Made by a program: the position numbers and the translations under genes
Source: Oligoflexales bacterium
GTDB lineage: Bacteria > Bdellovibrionota_B > Oligoflexia > Oligoflexales > Bog-1112
Length of the DNA: 40,570 nt
Assembly: GCA_045105515.1 (NCBI GenBank)
Contig: JBGCDR010000082.1
Location: forward strand, 1 to 40,570
Reading direction: 5' to 3'
Shown: positions 1 to 9,683 of the stretch, piece by piece
How the letters are laid out: each line of letters starts with the position of its first letter
Position numbering within the stretch: position 1 is the stretch's first letter
Notes under the pieces: generated by a model
What the model was told of the DNA's origin: nothing
The model's input: the letters and a program-made list of their open reading frames with translations, nothing else
The model's database searches: none

Positions 1-485
1 ATTTCATTACGTTTTTTTTCACCACCAGAAAAATCCACGTTTACCTGTCTATTTATGAAATCCGCTGGCATATTTAGAAATTTAAGTTTTTCCCTTAGAA
101 ATTCATCAAAGTCCAAAGGGTCCATTTCTTCTCCTCCTTGATGCCCAACTACAGCATTGAAGGAGGCGCGAAGAAATTCAGAGTTGCTGACACCTGGAAC
201 CTCAATAGGATATTGAAAGGCTAAAAATACTCCCTCTCGGGATCTTTCATCCGCTTCCAAATCAAGAAGGTTACGCATCTTGAAGTTAATTTCGTAGTTT
301 ATACTTCCGGAGTTTACCTCATAATCTGGATGTCCTGCTATAACTTTTGAAAGGGTACTTTTTCCTGAGCCATTTGGGCCCATTATGGCATGAACTTCTC
401 CGGCTTTAACGCTGAGGTCTAAACCTTTTAAAATTTCTTTGCCATCTAGGCTTGCGTGGAGTTTATCAATTTCAATTAGGTTCAT
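1..485 (-). CDS. sufC: Fe-S cluster assembly ATPase SufC (3' end truncated by window edge)
   Basis: Not in the ORF track. Manual translation from ATG at 485 gives MNLIEIDKLHASLDGKEILKGLDLSVKAGEVHAIMGPNGSGKST...LAFQYPIEVPGV...FSGGEKKRNE (Walker A, SufC QYP motif, ABC signature). Directly downstream of sufB. Confidence 0.95.
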   Translation of the reverse strand, partial: MNLIEIDKLHASLDGKEILKGLDLSVKAGEVHAIMGPNGSGKSTLSKVIAGHPDYEVNSGSINYEINFKMRNLLDLEADERSREGVFLAFQYPIEVPGVSNSEFLRASFNAVVGHQGGEEMDPLDFDEFLREKLKFLNMPADFINRQVNVDFSGGEKKRNE

Positions 486-507
486 AGGATGCTTTTCCTT
501 TGTAACT

Positions 508-1950
508 TTATCCAACACTATCTTCTAGTTTCATTTCAAGGAGCTTTACCGCTTCAACGGAAAACTCTAATGGTAGCTGGTTAAACACTTCTTTGCAGAA
601 ACCATTAAGAAGTAAGCTAATGGCTTCTTCTTCACCAATTCCTCTGGATTTAAAATAAAAAATTTCATCGGCACTGATCTTTGACGTCGTAGCTTCGTGT
701 TCCACAGTAGCGGATTTATTTTTGACTTCGATGTAAGGGTAAGTATTGGCGATACCATTGCTGCCAACGAGCATACTATCACACACGGTGTGATTGCGCG
801 CACCATGGGCACCTTCTGCGATCTTAACTTGACCTCGATAACTATTTTTAGACTTATCTGCAGAGATACCCTTTGAGACAATCCTACTCTTAGTATTTTC
901 TCCTAAGTGGACCATCTTTGTTCCAGTATCTGCTTGCATGAAGTTATTCGTGAGAGCAACAGAATAAAACTCACCCTGTGAATAATTGCCCTTTAAGATT
1001 ACACTTGGGTATTTCCAGGTAATAGCTGAACCAGTTTCAACCTGAGTCCAGGAAATTTTAGAGTGGTCTCCTTTGCATAAGCCTCGCTTAGTCACGAAAT
1101 TAAAAATACCACCTTTGCCATTTTCGTCGCCTGCATACCAGTTCTGGACAGTAGAGTATTTTACCTCGGCATCTTTGAGGGCTACAATTTCGACAACAGC
1201 AGCGTGAAGTTGGTTTTCGTCACGCATTGGAGCAGTGCAACCTTCAAGGTAGCTAACCTTACTGCCTTCGTCCGCTACAATCAGGGTGCGTTCAAATTGT
1301 CCAGTTTCTGCTGCATTGATTCTGAAGTAAGTGGAAAGGTCAAGGGGGCAATGGACCCCTTTAGGTATATAGACAAAGGACCCATCTGAAAAAACGGCTG
1401 AATTTAGTGCTGCATAGAAATTGTCTTTATAGGGAACGACACTTCCCAAATATTTCTTTATAAGATCAGGATGATTTTTAACAGCTTCAGAAAAAGAGCA
1501 AAAAATAACCCCAAGCTTTGACAGCTCCTCTTGATGAGTGGTGCCAACTGAAACACTGTCGAATACAGCGTCTACTGCTACTCCTGTTAAGCGTTTTTGT
1601 TCTGATAAGGGGATTCCCAATCTTTCGAAGGTACGGAGAACTTCAGAATCTACTTCGTCTAAGCTCTTTGGGCCTGGCTTAGTCTCAGGTGCAGAGTAGT
1701 AACTAATATCTTGAAAGTTGATGGGCGAATAGTTTACATTGGCCCACTTTGGTTCAGCCAAAGTTAGCCAATGCTTGTATGCTTTTAAGCGAAATTTTAA
1801 AAGGAATTCTGGTTCTTCTTTGATCTGAGAAAGACGTTCGATGACCTCTTTATTCAGACCTTTTGCGAAGGTTTTTGCACTGACATCGGATACGAAGCCA
1901 TATTTATACTTCCGTTTGGTGAGTTCTTCCTGTGTGAGTGGTTGACTCAT
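508..1950 (-). CDS. sufB: Fe-S cluster assembly scaffold SufB
   Basis: 480 aa with [43 protein letters not shown] and EHEATTSKI motifs typical of SufB. Confidence 0.97.
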   Translation of the reverse strand: MSQPLTQEELTKRKYKYGFVSDVSAKTFAKGLNKEVIERLSQIKEEPEFLLKFRLKAYKHWLTLAEPKWANVNYSPINFQDISYYSAPETKPGPKSLDEVDSEVLRTFERLGIPLSEQKRLTGVAVDAVFDSVSVGTTHQEELSKLGVIFCSFSEAVKNHPDLIKKYLGSVVPYKDNFYAALNSAVFSDGSFVYIPKGVHCPLDLSTYFRINAAETGQFERTLIVADEGSKVSYLEGCTAPMRDENQLHAAVVEIVALKDAEVKYSTVQNWYAGDENGKGGIFNFVTKRGLCKGDHSKISWTQVETGSAITWKYPSVILKGNYSQGEFYSVALTNNFMQADTGTKMVHLGENTKSRIVSKGISADKSKNSYRGQVKIAEGAHGARNHTVCDSMLVGSNGIANTYPYIEVKNKSATVEHEATTSKISADEIFYFKSRGIGEEEAISLLLNGFCKEVFNQLPLEFSVEAVKLLEMKLEDSVG

Positions 1951-2283
1951 ATGCTACTCCTAAAGTCAGGCAGTTGAATAATAGTCCATGAAAAAAGTTG
2001 CTTAGAAATTTTCTCTAGCACTTCTGGCCGAAAAAAGAGTAAAAAAACCCCTTAGTTTAAAATACGTTTTCATACTCTGTAGATTACTTAGAGCAAAATG
2101 TGGGAATGCCTACCCTCAGGCCAAGGCCGCATCTAAACTCTATCAATTTAGTCGACATTAATCTAGAGAAAGTTAATTAAAATTAAAATTAATGAAAACA
2201 GGTAGATAGGTTTTATTGTGTAGATACTCTTGTAATATTAACTTACTAGTTCCCTAGTCCTATCCTTTACTCAACTAGTCGAA

Positions 2284-2302
2284 AATGATAATCTTTATCA
2301 TT
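2284..2302. promoter_or_regulatory. Fur-family operator (Fur box)
   Basis: AATGATAATCTTTATCATT has one mismatch to the palindrome AATGATAATCATTATCATT. It is a perfect 9-3-9 inverted repeat over 2283-2303 and lies between divergent Fe-S genes. Confidence 0.8.
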
Positions 2303-2345
2303 TGTGTAAATTTCTCGGCCTTACTAATAAGAGGCTTGGACGCCG

Positions 2346-2729
2346 ATGGAAGCCAATATGGATAGCAAGAAAAACCAAATAATATTTTCTGATGATGCAA
2401 TTATAAACGCCCTAGACTTAAGAAAAAATAATCCTGACTGGCAAGAAAAGTCTCTGCGCCTTTACCTTGAAGGCAAGGGGTGTGATGGTTTTTACTATGG
2501 GGTTTGCTTTGATGAAGCAAAGCCTGAAGATTTGCGACTGGCTCAATCCTTTGGAGGAGAGTCTATTGATTTGCTTGTGGATTCCGATACGCTCAAGTTT
2601 ACCGATGGCTCGCAGATTATTTGGGTGGACGATGAGCGAGGAAAGGGTTTTTTGGTAGAAAACCCGAATCATAGAAAATTTAGAGGCAAATTTTTTAAGC
2701 GAAGTAATTGGGAGCAAAGGTTAAGCTGA
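2346..2729 (+). CDS. HesB/IscA-like (A-type carrier fold) protein, atypical C-terminus
   Basis: LRLYLEGKGCDGFYYG, LLVD..TLKFTDGSQI.W and GFLVENPN match the HesB/IscA pattern; the terminal CGCG motif is absent. Start may be the second Met (2358). Confidence 0.8.
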   Translation: MEANMDSKKNQIIFSDDAIINALDLRKNNPDWQEKSLRLYLEGKGCDGFYYGVCFDEAKPEDLRLAQSFGGESIDLLVDSDTLKFTDGSQIIWVDDERGKGFLVENPNHRKFRGKFFKRSNWEQRLS

Positions 2730-2741
2730 GGTGCTTTGAAT

Positions 2742-3305
2742 TCATTCCCATTCTTTCGCAAGCATGGAGTACGAATAGAGGTCTTCATAATGATCATTTA
2801 ACCATTCTCCATCTCGCAGCAAACCTTCTTTACGAAATTTTAGCCGCTCGGGTATTTTTCGACTCGAGTCATTGCCAGTGGCACAAAGGATGTTTATCTT
2901 GTGAAGTTGTAGGTGCTGAAAGCCATGTTTGACCATTTCTCTACAAGAAGAATGCATCAACCCTCGCCCTTGAAATTGATTCCCGAGCCAATATCCGAGA
3001 GCTCCAGACTTATTTTTCCAGTCGATATAGTTGAATCCTATTATTCCTGCAGCATGGTGTTTATGCCTAATACACATAGTGATCGTGCCGTTGTTGCGGT
3101 ATTTATTTAAATAGTATTGAACCAGCTGGTTAAAGTCTCCTTGTGAATGAACATAGTCAACCCATGGGAGCCATCTACGTAAAGATGATCGAGAATTGGA
3201 CACTAGTTTATATAGCTCTTGAGAGTACTCAAAGTCGATAAAGTTTAGGCAAGTTTCGGTGTTAACACTTATATAGAGGTTTTTAAGGTCTTTTTGAGTC
3301 TGCAT
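2742..3305 (-). CDS. GNAT family N-acetyltransferase (RimL/RimJ/YdaF-like)
   Basis: LRRWLPWV, LGYWLG..FQGRGLM, N..SRKIPERLKF..EG.LR motifs. Confidence 0.9.
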   Translation of the reverse strand: MQTQKDLKNLYISVNTETCLNFIDFEYSQELYKLVSNSRSSLRRWLPWVDYVHSQGDFNQLVQYYLNKYRNNGTITMCIRHKHHAAGIIGFNYIDWKNKSGALGYWLGNQFQGRGLMHSSCREMVKHGFQHLQLHKINILCATGNDSSRKIPERLKFRKEGLLRDGEWLNDHYEDLYSYSMLAKEWE

Positions 3306-3443
3306 CTATTCAGTCACCTTTGATTTGCTCTAGTAGAGCTACATAAAGCACTTGTCTTTCCATAAACTTAGCAATAACTTTTTTGGGGAAACATTACAAA
3401 TGAACGGCCTTTTGGCGTAAATTTTGCCGATTGGCTTTAACTG

Positions 3444-5102
3444 CTAGAAGAATAATACATCTTTCGGGCCCGCTTTTTCTACCGGATCCTCTTCGCTTTG
3501 AGCAGGCTCTTTTTGAATTGGAGGAGCTGGAGCTGCTTTTTGTTCAGCTGGCGCTGGTGGAGCTTCCTTGACCGGTTCTATTGGTTTAGTTTGAGGAGGT
3601 GGACTAAGTGTTTCGCCAGCCTCAATTACAGGCGCAATATGTGCTAGGTTTTCTTTTGGTTGCTGTGTAATGCTGGTGACGTTATTGAGTTTGCTGACCA
3701 TTTCATTTGTCAAATTTTCAATTTGTGTCAGTGGGACGCTTGCAGCTTCGATTTCTTGACGGGTGATGTCTTGGAATTGCAAGCTTAAAATTATCTGATC
3801 GATATTGTGTGCAACTGATTCGGAACTCAAAACCGAGCTTTCTACGAGCTGTGAGAAGACCTCGGTTGAATCTTTTGCCGTGCTAAGCAACAGATCTACA
3901 GCTTCATCTACGGATTCTTTCTTACTCTTCGTCTTCTTTAGGTTATCAGTCAGGGATAGAGAAATATCCTGTACCGAATCGTTTACCTTCCCAACTATTT
4001 GAGTAATATCATTAGAAGCTTGGTTCGTTCTATCTGATAACTTACGCACTTCTTCAGCAACTACGCTAAAACCTCGGCCGTGCTCTCCTGCACGTGCAGC
4101 TTCAATAGCAGCATTTAGTGCCAAGAGGTTTGTTTGGTCAGAAATATACTGAATGTCTTCAGTGATTTTGTTGATGGTAGCGGTATTCTCGAGAATTGCC
4201 TCAATAGAAGTGGAGTACTCAACATTTAGACGGCTATTTTCATCTAACATTTCTGTCATTTCTTTCAAGAGTGTCAGAGCATTTTCAAGCACTGAAGATA
4301 AAGAAGCATGGTCTTTACTACTTTCTTGACCCATAGATACTTTGCCAGAGAACTGTTTATTAATTTCATTAGATTCTGCCAAGTGTTCCTGAGCTTTTTC
4401 ATAGATGAAACGTACTTTATCACCGATTTCGATCGCCGAACTTTCTGTATGGTCTATTACAGATTTTAGTTGTGATTCAATGTTAGGGACCAAATCCAGA
4501 ATTCTTCTTAACAAAGTCTCTTGGGTTGCTAATTGCTCGTCGCGCTCGGAAAGTTTCCCTTCCAGCTCTTTGATTCTAACCTCTAGCAAGTTTACGGTAT
4601 TTCGAGGTACATTGTTGAGGGTTTGATTCTCAGCTTTTAGCCCAGACAGTTCCTCACCAAGTTTGTTACTGTTGTTTTTAATTGCCTCAAGTTCGAATTG
4701 TGCTTTTGAATGACTATTCTCAGTATCTTTTAATTTAGCTGTTAAATCATCGATTTTGGAAACAAGATCGGCTTTCTCATTAGCAAAATCTTTTTCAGCA
4801 ATTTTTCTTACTAAACTTAAATTTACAGGACTCTTTTCTTGGTCTCTTGCTTCAAGTCCTATTATCTTGCGATTCAATTCAGCAATTTGGCTATCTTTAC
4901 CCTCAAGGCTCTTTGACTCATCTTGCTTTTGATGGAATATCTTAAGGCAAATACTGCTCAGATAGCCCCAAGTCGCAAGTGCAAGTAAGCTTGCCATCCA
5001 TGTGGGCAGATTCATCTCGGAAATAGGGTCGATTAATACGGGGACAAGAGGAATTAATCCTGCGAGCACAAGTAATTGGGTGGTTTTATTATCGTCTGAC
5101 AT
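3444..5102 (-). CDS. Methyl-accepting chemotaxis-like protein
   Basis: Signalling tip [37 protein letters not shown]; two N-terminal hydrophobic segments; long coiled coil; Pro/Ala-rich tail ending DVLFF. Confidence 0.9.
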   Translation of the reverse strand: MSDDNKTTQLLVLAGLIPLVPVLIDPISEMNLPTWMASLLALATWGYLSSICLKIFHQKQDESKSLEGKDSQIAELNRKIIGLEARDQEKSPVNLSLVRKIAEKDFANEKADLVSKIDDLTAKLKDTENSHSKAQFELEAIKNNSNKLGEELSGLKAENQTLNNVPRNTVNLLEVRIKELEGKLSERDEQLATQETLLRRILDLVPNIESQLKSVIDHTESSAIEIGDKVRFIYEKAQEHLAESNEINKQFSGKVSMGQESSKDHASLSSVLENALTLLKEMTEMLDENSRLNVEYSTSIEAILENTATINKITEDIQYISDQTNLLALNAAIEAARAGEHGRGFSVVAEEVRKLSDRTNQASNDITQIVGKVNDSVQDISLSLTDNLKKTKSKKESVDEAVDLLLSTAKDSTEVFSQLVESSVLSSESVAHNIDQIILSLQFQDITRQEIEAASVPLTQIENLTNEMVSKLNNVTSITQQPKENLAHIAPVIEAGETLSPPPQTKPIEPVKEAPPAPAEQKAAPAPPIQKEPAQSEEDPVEKAGPKDVLFF

Positions 5103-5255
5103 AGGTATCCCACGAAAGCCTGGACATGAATACTCTTACAGGGCTTCGGTGTGCGATTCCTAGCTCTTGAGTGATGCGTACCTTGTGGGTTAGTAAGTAT
5201 CAAAAATAGTTGATCAATTATTGTGCGGATCTTTTTTAAGCTCATCTTTAAAAGT

Positions 5256-7601
5256 TTATCTCCATAATTGTTCTGTTTGAGTTTTTGATTTGTCGAGCCT
5301 TGCTTTAGCATACTTAACCTCTGGAAATTGACTTGGATCTAATTCAGCGAGGTAAGACCATAACTTTTGACTTACATCTGACTCTGGAGCAATCCTACGC
5401 ACAGCTTCAGAAGCCTGCCATATAAGTGGAACAGTGATGCTTTTTTGTGGCCAATCAAAACGTTCTAGCCAGATTTCTCCATATGATTTACTGAGGCTTG
5501 GGTGAACACCAGCCTCAGCTTCTAACTCTAATAAAGCCTTAGAGCACGATAAACTCTTGTTAAAGAGCAAAGGAAATTGGATTTTTGTAAGCCTTGTTAT
5601 TTCTTTCCATATATTTTTGATTGGGGTTCGTGTTTGTGTACGGGTATGAAACCATTTAGATAATATTGGGTAACTTATTTCGCATAAGTCTTGAGCATCT
5701 TTAAAGTTCCATTTAAAGGTTGCATGGTAAAGCCAAGGTAGGTGGAAATAATAGAGTTTAGATTTTAGGAGTCGGTTAACAAAACCCCTGATTCGTGTTG
5801 ACTCTTTAAGCTCATAAGATGGCTTGTATTTATTTAGAGTTTTAAAAAGTAAATTTTTGATATTTTTTGAGATGCCCTTAGAGTCTGTAATTTCTGATAG
5901 GTATAAGCTACTGAGCAAGAATTTTTCTTGGCTTTGGGCCTCGTTTTTCTGAAACTCTTTCCAAAACTCAGCAGCTTTGTCGGGAAGGCCTATTTCAATA
6001 TATGCTTTAAAAAGTTGTATTCTCCTTTTAGGAGAGATATTGGAGAAAAGATCATGGCGATTCTTTTCGAAGAAAAGAGTTGCTTTGTGGTAATCTTTTT
6101 CTTTTAAGTAGACCTCTAAATTTGAGGATTTAACTTCTATTAATGATGGGATATACTGTGAAAGGTACCGAGAGTTAGGGAATCTGCTGTAAAAAATTTT
6201 GACTTTTTCAACAAATTCTGTTCCTTTTTCTCTGTCTCCATAGGACATTACTTCGCAGCTCCAAGCTAATTCTATAACGGGTAAAGGTGCAAAAGATTCT
6301 CTCATTTGGGAAAGAGTGCTACGAGCATGCTTTACGTTGTTGCCTAAGTATTGAGGTAGCCCAAGGCATGTTCTGCGTACCTTTGCGATAAAAGAGGCAT
6401 CTGAATTTGGGAATTCATGTTCAACCCGATAATAGGCTAATTTTGCTTTTTTTAGTAAGTCCTTATTTGATCTCTTTTTACTATACTGTGCTAGATAAGC
6501 ATCTGCTATTCTAAGAAATGCCAATGAACGAAAGTTTATGGAGAGGCTTTTTTTTGCATGCTTGTGAGAAATGCTTTTGATTCCATAGTGAAGAGACCTT
6601 TGTGCATCCGCAAACCGACCTAACCAAAATAGTGATTCTCCTCTTAAGATAAAGCTTAGTGGAAGAATTGTCTTAATTTCACGATTGATAACTTGACTTA
6701 AATGGTAAGCTTCTTCAGCTAGTTCATATTTATTTAAGTCAAAGTAGATATCACCAATGCGTGAAAAGGCAAAAGCAGCTTGTTCGCGGTTATTTTCTTG
6801 CCTAATTATAGTATCTATTTCCCTAACAGCTTTAAGGTATTGACGGTCTTTTATCCAACCTTCAGCGATCATTCTTCTCAAATGTGGACGATAATCACTG
6901 CGACCCGTTCTCCTTAAAAAATTCAATCCCTCCTGTGCAGCTCCATGAGCAGCAGTATAGCGGTCGAATTCATAATAAATGGCCGCTAAGTTATAAAGAG
7001 CAGCCGGTGCTATTATGTCGAGCATAGGGTCAGCTAGGTCGCGTTTCTTCATAAATGCCCAGCTTAGAAAAGTTGCTGTATTTGAGTAGGTTAATCGTAC
7101 TTCAGAGCGAAATATGTCTCCATGAAACATCTTGCGGATACCTTTGGAGATCTTAAGGTATGCAAGTCCGATAAAGTAATCATTTCTACGATGATATTCA
7201 AAATTTTTCCCATATCTTGCTCTTGCAGATAGCCAAATTTTTCTGGCTTCCTCATAATTTTTTTGAGTGAACAGTATCCTTCCATAGTTCATGTGCTGAA
7301 TGGGTTTATCAAAGCCAGGCGTCGCGGGCATTTCCACAGGTTTATCTCCCAATTCATGGTTTACTGGGAAAACAGCCTTTGGGAGTGGGAACGGGTACCT
7401 CCAAAAAAATTCACTTGAAATCTTGCGTTCTGCCGGTTCTATCGTGAAATCACCGATGATTTGGTAATTTTTGATGATCTCTGAAAAGCTTTCATAAGCT
7501 GGTGGAAGTGGAGCAGCAAAGGCAATAGCGTTTGTGAGCAGAAAGAATATGTAAATTGCTAGTTTGGGCAATGAAGAAAATTTTTGAACATACCTAAGCA
7601 T
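5256..7601 (-). CDS. Large secreted TPR-like helical repeat protein
   Basis: 781 aa; signal peptide ending AIAFA; TPR-like helices (ALYNLAAIYYEFDRYTAA, AFSRIGDIYFDLNKYELAEEAY, RGESLFWLGRFADA, AFLRIADAY). Confidence 0.75.
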   Translation of the reverse strand: MLRYVQKFSSLPKLAIYIFFLLTNAIAFAAPLPPAYESFSEIIKNYQIIGDFTIEPAERKISSEFFWRYPFPLPKAVFPVNHELGDKPVEMPATPGFDKPIQHMNYGRILFTQKNYEEARKIWLSARARYGKNFEYHRRNDYFIGLAYLKISKGIRKMFHGDIFRSEVRLTYSNTATFLSWAFMKKRDLADPMLDIIAPAALYNLAAIYYEFDRYTAAHGAAQEGLNFLRRTGRSDYRPHLRRMIAEGWIKDRQYLKAVREIDTIIRQENNREQAAFAFSRIGDIYFDLNKYELAEEAYHLSQVINREIKTILPLSFILRGESLFWLGRFADAQRSLHYGIKSISHKHAKKSLSINFRSLAFLRIADAYLAQYSKKRSNKDLLKKAKLAYYRVEHEFPNSDASFIAKVRRTCLGLPQYLGNNVKHARSTLSQMRESFAPLPVIELAWSCEVMSYGDREKGTEFVEKVKIFYSRFPNSRYLSQYIPSLIEVKSSNLEVYLKEKDYHKATLFFEKNRHDLFSNISPKRRIQLFKAYIEIGLPDKAAEFWKEFQKNEAQSQEKFLLSSLYLSEITDSKGISKNIKNLLFKTLNKYKPSYELKESTRIRGFVNRLLKSKLYYFHLPWLYHATFKWNFKDAQDLCEISYPILSKWFHTRTQTRTPIKNIWKEITRLTKIQFPLLFNKSLSCSKALLELEAEAGVHPSLSKSYGEIWLERFDWPQKSITVPLIWQASEAVRRIAPESDVSQKLWSYLAELDPSQFPEVKYAKARLDKSKTQTEQLWR

Positions 7602-7634
7602 TAAATTATTACCAAAAAAAATTGCGGCTTAATA

Positions 7635-8444
7635 TTATTTAGATCCAGCTGAGTTGGGATCATAGTGAACATGAAACTCAATTCGGCGATTTAGCTTTCT
7701 TCCTGCAGCTGTACCATTATGTGCTATAGGCTTAACATCTGCATATCCAGCCGCGCTGAGGCGGGTTTGCGGAAAGTAGTGCTGCCTGATCATATATTTA
7801 ATGACATGGGTAGCTCGTAACGCCGACAGATCCCAGTTGCTGTAGTTGCCGCGTGGGGGTATGGAGTCTGTGTGACCTTCTACCGTGATGTCACGGCCAA
7901 GGGATTTGAGAATCTCGACAACTTGGTCCAAATCTTTTCTTGCAGCTCTTCTGACACGAATATCGCCTGGTTGGAAGAAGTGTCTTGCAAGAAGTTGTAG
8001 TTTGAACCCTTTTTCAGTTGGCTGCACTTGCACTATACGTTCATGCCCTGTGGTTTTCTTATCAGGATACTTTTTGGGTCCGTAGAGTCTTTCTTCAAGC
8101 TCAATCTGTACCCGGTTCATATCTTCATCAATAATTTTTATGCGTTTTTTAGTTGATGGATATTTTTGCACTACAGGAGGTAAAACCTGATCACCACGAA
8201 AATGCTCAAATATGCCGAACCCATGCTCTGTCGGGCCTTTCATGCGATCTAGAGGGATGTCTTCAAGTGGTGTGTTAAAACTCTCTTGCATTGAGCCAGC
8301 AGTCCTCTGTACCTGGGGTTCACCCCCTTCTTTAAGAGCAAAAAGGACTACGAATACTGCAAATAGCAGTGTAACCATGTCTGCGTAACTTACGAGCCAG
8401 CGCTCATGGTTTTCAAATTCAGGACATTTTTGTTTTTTGCCCAT
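7635..8444 (-). CDS. motB: Flagellar stator protein MotB
   Basis: ERWLVSYADMVTLLFAVFVVLFA transmembrane segment with the conserved Asp; OmpA-like domain (VEGHTD, NWDLSALRA, NRRIE). Confidence 0.95.
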   Translation of the reverse strand: MGKKQKCPEFENHERWLVSYADMVTLLFAVFVVLFALKEGGEPQVQRTAGSMQESFNTPLEDIPLDRMKGPTEHGFGIFEHFRGDQVLPPVVQKYPSTKKRIKIIDEDMNRVQIELEERLYGPKKYPDKKTTGHERIVQVQPTEKGFKLQLLARHFFQPGDIRVRRAARKDLDQVVEILKSLGRDITVEGHTDSIPPRGNYSNWDLSALRATHVIKYMIRQHYFPQTRLSAAGYADVKPIAHNGTAAGRKLNRRIEFHVHYDPNSAGSK

Positions 8445-8462
8445 ACTGCCTCAATAAGCTCA

Positions 8463-9221
8463 TCACTCGTTAGAGCTTTTTTGACTGACAAATATCCCAA
8501 GTTTTTCTTCTATAACTTTAGGGTTTAGTCCAGATAGAATGCCCTCGACACCAATAACTACCATTTCTCTGGCTAAGTAGTCTAATTGTGCTTTGCGTTT
8601 TATTTTTTTTCCAATGGGTATGAAAAAGATATTAGAAAATCCAACACCGTAGAGGGTCGCAACGAATGCAATCGCAATTCCCGGCCCAATCATTTCTGGT
8701 TTGTCGAGGTTTTCCATTACGTGAATCAAACCAAGTACAGCTCCTAGAATTCCAATGGTGGGAGCAATTGCTCCACAATCTTCCCAAAAATGAACGTATA
8801 CTTCTTCTTCTTCCATGGTTACATGTTGGGCAGTCTCTAGCGTATCTCTGATGATATTGGGATCTGTGCCATCAACAGCTAGTCTAACCGCTGTCTTAAG
8901 TGGTTCGTAGCTTAGGCCTTCTCGTTTTTTTTCAAGTGCGAGGATCGACTCTTTGCGGGCAGTTTGTGCTAAGTCAATGATATCCGCAAGGATTTGTTCT
9001 GGATTGGCATCTGGGTTTTTAAGCCAAGTGCCTACTGCCTTAAAAGCGCCGATGATATCTGGTAGCGTATACGCTACCATCATGGCACCGGCCATTCCCC
9101 CAATTACAATAAGAAAAGCAGTAATCTGGATGATCGATGACACATGGCCACCTTCCAAGATGAGTCCAACGAGGATCGCAGCAAGGGCAAATACTGGGCC
9201 GACGAGGCTCGTAATATCCAT
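8463..9221 (-). CDS. motA: Flagellar stator protein MotA
   Basis: APTIGILGAVLGLI, IAIAFVATLYG and ARKESILALE motifs; adjacent to motB. Confidence 0.95.
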   Translation of the reverse strand: MDITSLVGPVFALAAILVGLILEGGHVSSIIQITAFLIVIGGMAGAMMVAYTLPDIIGAFKAVGTWLKNPDANPEQILADIIDLAQTARKESILALEKKREGLSYEPLKTAVRLAVDGTDPNIIRDTLETAQHVTMEEEEVYVHFWEDCGAIAPTIGILGAVLGLIHVMENLDKPEMIGPGIAIAFVATLYGVGFSNIFFIPIGKKIKRKAQLDYLAREMVVIGVEGILSGLNPKVIEEKLGIFVSQKSSNE

Positions 9222-9276
9222 AGTGTGGGCCTTAAAACTTGTTCTATTGTTCTATGTATTCTGGCAAAGTCTTATT

Positions 9277-9480
9277 TTATTCATCGTAATCATGCAAATT
9301 TTTCAAAACTTTTGTTTTCGAATTGAGCCATTTCTTTTCAATCTCGTCAAGGGACTCTCTAACTATGACAGAGTCACCGTTTAAAAATAAAATCAAGGTG
9401 TCTGGCACTGATTCAACATACTTAACCGCTTCCAGGTTAACTAAAATTGTAGACTGATCTAGTCTTGTTAACTCAATCAA
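9277..9480 (-). CDS. flbD: Flagellar FlbD/SwrD family protein
   Basis: MIELTRLD...VN...KYVESVPDTLI...NGD..IVRES; usual position upstream of motA; TTG start. Confidence 0.9.
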   Translation of the reverse strand: MIELTRLDQSTILVNLEAVKYVESVPDTLILFLNGDSVIVRESLDEIEKKWLNSKTKVLKNLHDYDE

Positions 9481-9683
9481 CTTTTTCTCTGGAACAATAT
9501 CAGCTTACACAATTAGACAGCCTTCAGGTGACTACGTTACATAGCGTTTGAGAGAAGGGGCTTTTACCCAAGCTACTAGTGCCGAAGACCCTCAACTATG
9601 ATAACGTGCAGCTAGGTTTGGAGTCAATGGACATACCCAAGTTACTAAAACCCGCATTAAATACAGAAAACGAGGAGAAAAAA

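Noticed and set aside
1951..2282. Scattered TAGTC words as an IscR/Rrf2 site upstream of sufB
   Set aside because: They do not form a properly spaced GACTA...TAGTC palindrome.
9570..9590. Possible sigma54 promoter for flbD-motAB (minus strand CGGCACTAGTAGC)
   Set aside because: GG-to-GC spacing is 8 nt, not the required 10.
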